Origin: Azolla caroliniana
Lineage: Eukaryota; Plantae; Polypodiophyta
Assembly (NCBI GenBank): GCA_043228905.1
Contig: JBHGNT010000015.1
Span: 14,880,001 to 14,944,000, forward strand
Direction of reading: 5' to 3'
Length of the DNA: 64,000 nucleotides
In this document: piece by piece, positions 60,828 to 64,000 of the stretch
Numbering within the stretch: position 1 is the stretch's first letter
How the letters are laid out: each line of letters opens with the position of its first letter
Notes under the pieces: model-generated
Seen by the model: only the letters and a program-made list of their open reading frames with translations
Told to the model about the DNA's origin: nothing
The model's database searches: none
Position numbers and translations under genes: made by a program

Positions 60828-62652
60828 TGTCCTGCCGTTTGGCACTGGATCATCGCGTGAGTCGGGCGGGAACCACTAAGGTTTTGGACTAGGAGAAAAG
60901 AAAATTCTAAGGCAATGAAGAATATGAAATATGTTGTAAGAAAGAAAGATATGAAAAACTCGTGAATCCCACGAGTATAGTGTATTAGTGAGTACTCAGA
61001 TTAAGAGAGAAAATAGTTAGCAAATCCGTGAATCCCACGATTATATTATATTAATCCACCCTTGTAAAATAAGCAACAACCACTATACATCTTTCTCTCT
61101 CCCTTATATAGTGTTGGAAGAGTCTAAGTTTATCACATGCAAGCATCATGTTTTTCCTAACTTTAGTTTTCATGCACACTGCATTTGCAGGATTAACTTT
61201 CTATCCCATCTTTTCTTTTAACTCGAGTGTGTATGCATGAATAACTTTTTGTACCATGCATACCTAGAACATTTACATGGGATAACGTTTAGTATAACTT
61301 TAAAATTCATAATATGCTAGTATAGTGGTAAGGCTGGGGTTTGTCTACGTGGAGGTACAGGGTTCGAACCGTGCCCTATGCACGTAATAAATATTTTTAA
61401 TATTTTATTTTATTTATTATACGTACTTTAAATCAGATATAGTATTTTACATATTTCACGTAGTGTGTGATTCACACTACGACACTCGCCCCCTCCGAAC
61501 CCACAGATCCTCCGGTATGTGCCGAAGTCCCCGATGCTTGCTATTCACCTTCATCCGAAGCTTCCTCCGATTCTCCCCTTAAGTCGACTATGAGTTGTAA
61601 TCCACTTTCTTCGCTTTCCGCATCACCACGATCTTCGTCCGATTGCTCCTTCTTGTCAGTCTTGTTTAGGATCACATAGGGTTCTTCATCAATACGCTTC
61701 TTGAAAATCTTCACCCGTTTCCCGACTATAGGCTCTCGTAGCATCGTTCCATCCAACTCGCATAGTCGGTAAGTTTCGTTGTGGAAAACTTTCCGAACCT
61801 CGTATGGCCCGAACCACCTTTTCGCGAACTTCAACATCGTTGTATGTTGATGATCCAAACTACTATCGTAGACAATCACCCAATCTCCTTCTTCAATCTT
61901 CCGCGGTCGTAGTCGGTGCTTTGTGTCGAACCGGCTTTTATTCCGGAATCGCGCCTCTTTTTGTCAGCGTATTGCTTCCGCTACGTCTTCCGGTCTTCCC
62001 TCTAGTTGTAGTATCCGGACTGCTAGTAGTTCTTCCCGACTCATCTCTTCCTTCCACGGTAGGACTGTCCATGTCGCGATCGCGGTTTCCGTTGGCATTA
62101 CCGGTGCTTGTCTGATCATGAGTTCTGTCGGCATGTAACCGGTTATGGAGCTATGCGTTGTCCGATCCGCCCATAGTGCATACGGGAGCATGTACGGCCA
62201 ATCCTTCACCCTCCCGTCGCATGCTTTGGCAAGTGCTTTGACGATCGGACTATGTCCTCGTTCGATTTTCCCGTTGGCCTCCGGATTGTATGCCGTTGTT
62301 AGTGTTAATCGAACTCCATGTTTGGTGAAGAATTCCTTAGCTTTATCAAAGTCGAGTTCTCCCCGATCCGCAATCACTTTTCCTACGCACCCGTACCTGC
62401 AAAACACCTCCTCCAAAAGAAATTGGCATACCGAAGAACATGTTTTCCTTTGTAGCGCCCGACCTTCTACTTGGTTTGTGAGATCTTCCCGAGCTAACAC
62501 CAAGTACTTCTTTTGTCCGATCCCAGTTGGCATGGCTACAATATCGACCATCCATTTGAAGTTGATTGTCGGTGAGAATGTCAGATGTAACTCATCTCGG
62601 TGTCGAACTCCGGAGTAGATTTGACACTTCTCGCAGTTTCCCGTGAACTCCC
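60828..62652 (-). mobile_element. Gypsy family A 3' end (3' LTR 60828-61484 and integrase)
   Basis: LTR homology; PPT at 61485-61495; ORFs 61541-61879 and 61964-62551 match the integrase; left flank ACGT. Confidence 0.92.
61318..61376 (+). ncRNA. Best-preserved tRNA(Asp)-like Pol III cassette inside LTR
   Basis: TAGTATAGTGGTAAG-N28 (containing TGTC)-GGTTCGAACC, then TTTTT at ~61394. Confidence 0.72.
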
Positions 62653-62656
62653 CTAT

Positions 62657-64000
62657 TGTAAGGAATAGGCCCTTCTATCCACCTTCTTCTCTCGGCCACA
62701 ACCGATTAATCGCGGATCAATGGAGCAGAAAATAGGAAACACACGTAGAAACAAAACGAAGAAACGCGAGTACACAAGGATTAACGTGGAAAACCCTAAA
62801 CGGGGAAAAAACCACGGGAGTACAAGACTCCAAACAACACTATACAGAGAAGTATACAATGACGAGCTCCAAGGCGACGACCTTGAGCTCGCTGTCCTCG
62901 CCACAGGCGGCGGAAATACACAGAGGCGTCTACCTCTTTCTCTTCGCGCTCTCTCTCTTTCTCTCTCACACGGCTGCTCTCTCTTCACTCCTCTAAAGTG
63001 GAAAAACAGAAAAATGAGAAGCAACAGAAAAACAGTTTGCCCTAAGTCATATTTATACTTATATGACTTTGGGCTATTTACAACTATAGCCTCAGGGGGC
63101 TCGTAGCGAACATATTCACGGATATGTCCCTGCATCCGGATTGCTCTCCGGGTACATTCGTCATCCGGCACCGAAGCCGAAACCGGGCTTGTCGGCATTC
63201 ATCTCCGATATCCGACCATCCCATCCGAAAGGGACCGAAATCCCAACAAACTCCCCCTTCACTTCGGCATGGGATGTCTTTCCAAACCGATCCTCTTCCG
63301 GCATGCTTCCAGCTTGTCGGGTGTGAGCACCTTGGTCAGCATATCCGACCCGTTCTCGTCGGTGTGGATCTTCGTCAGCACGAACTCCTTGTCTTCTATC
63401 CTTTCCCGGATCCAGTGATATCTTCGCTGGATGTGCTTCGTCCGGGAGTGATAGGCTGCGTTCTTCGCAAGGTGGATGGCACTCTGACTGTCGCAGTAGA
63501 GTCGGTACTCCTCTTGCCGGATACCGAGCTCTCTAATGAAGTCCTTCATCCATATTATTTCCTTGCCGGCTTCAACAGCCGCCATGTACTCCGCCTCCGT
63601 GGTTGACAACGCAACCGTCTTCTGCAGCCTCGACTGCCACGAAACAGCTCCCCCTGCATACGTCATCACATACCCTGATGTGGACCGGCTGGTATCTGCA
63701 TCAGCCGACATATCAGAATCAGTAAAGCCTTCGAGTTCGGGCTTACCGGAGCCGAATCGGAGGCACACGTTTGCCGTGCCCTTCAGGTATCGGAGTATCC
63801 ACTTGACCGCGTTCCAGTGCTCTTTGCCGGGATTGCTCATGTACCGGCTCACCACTCCGACTGCATATCCTATGTCCGGTCTCGTACACACCATGGCGTA
63901 CATCAAGCTCCCGACGGCTGAGGCATACGGCACTTCCATCATATCCTCCTTTTCAGCCTTTGTCTTGGGACTTTGCTTGCTGGTCAGCTTGCAGTTTGCC
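62657..64000 (-). mobile_element. Young Tnt1/Tork-like Copia 3' end (3' LTR 62657-63248, RT end and RNase H)
   Basis: Uninterrupted ORF VPYASAVGSLMYAMVCTRPDI..LSTTEAEY..CDSQSAI..TKHI..DMLTK; PPT AGGGGGAGTT; LTR TGT..ACA; interrupts the Gypsy integrase. Confidence 0.93.

Noticed and set aside
62653-63198. 181-aa hydrophobic ORF as an env-like gene
   Set aside because: It lies almost entirely within the Copia LTR and reflects CT/GA-rich low complexity.

Overview
Gene-free, heavily nested transposon region of a large eukaryotic genome. The tRNA and retroelement sequences are plant-type, and the lineages suggest a non-flowering land plant such as a fern (inference). It holds five copies or fragments of one non-chromovirus Ty3/Gypsy family (TGTCGT...ACGACA LTRs, tRNA-Trp PBS), related solo LTRs, and a 5.5-kb pol-less gag-only relative. 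Also present: a second Gypsy family, a chromovirus integrase fragment, at least five Ty1/Copia remnants, two tail-to-tail L1-clade LINEs in TACA/CA-rich sequence, an RTE-type LINE fragment, a 1.9-kb TIR element of unclear superfamily, and a decaying tRNA-Asn/tRNA-Thr cluster partly duplicated 46 kb away. No intact host protein gene is evident. Two signals stand out. (1) All six LTRs of the main Gypsy family carry an antisense tRNA(Asp)-like Pol III cassette (A box, B box, tRNA-like spacing, T-run). (2) All eight readable insertion sites of this lineage are CpG-centred 4-mers (mostly ACGT), with 4-bp rather than 5-bp TSDs. All comparisons were made by eye; no searches were run.
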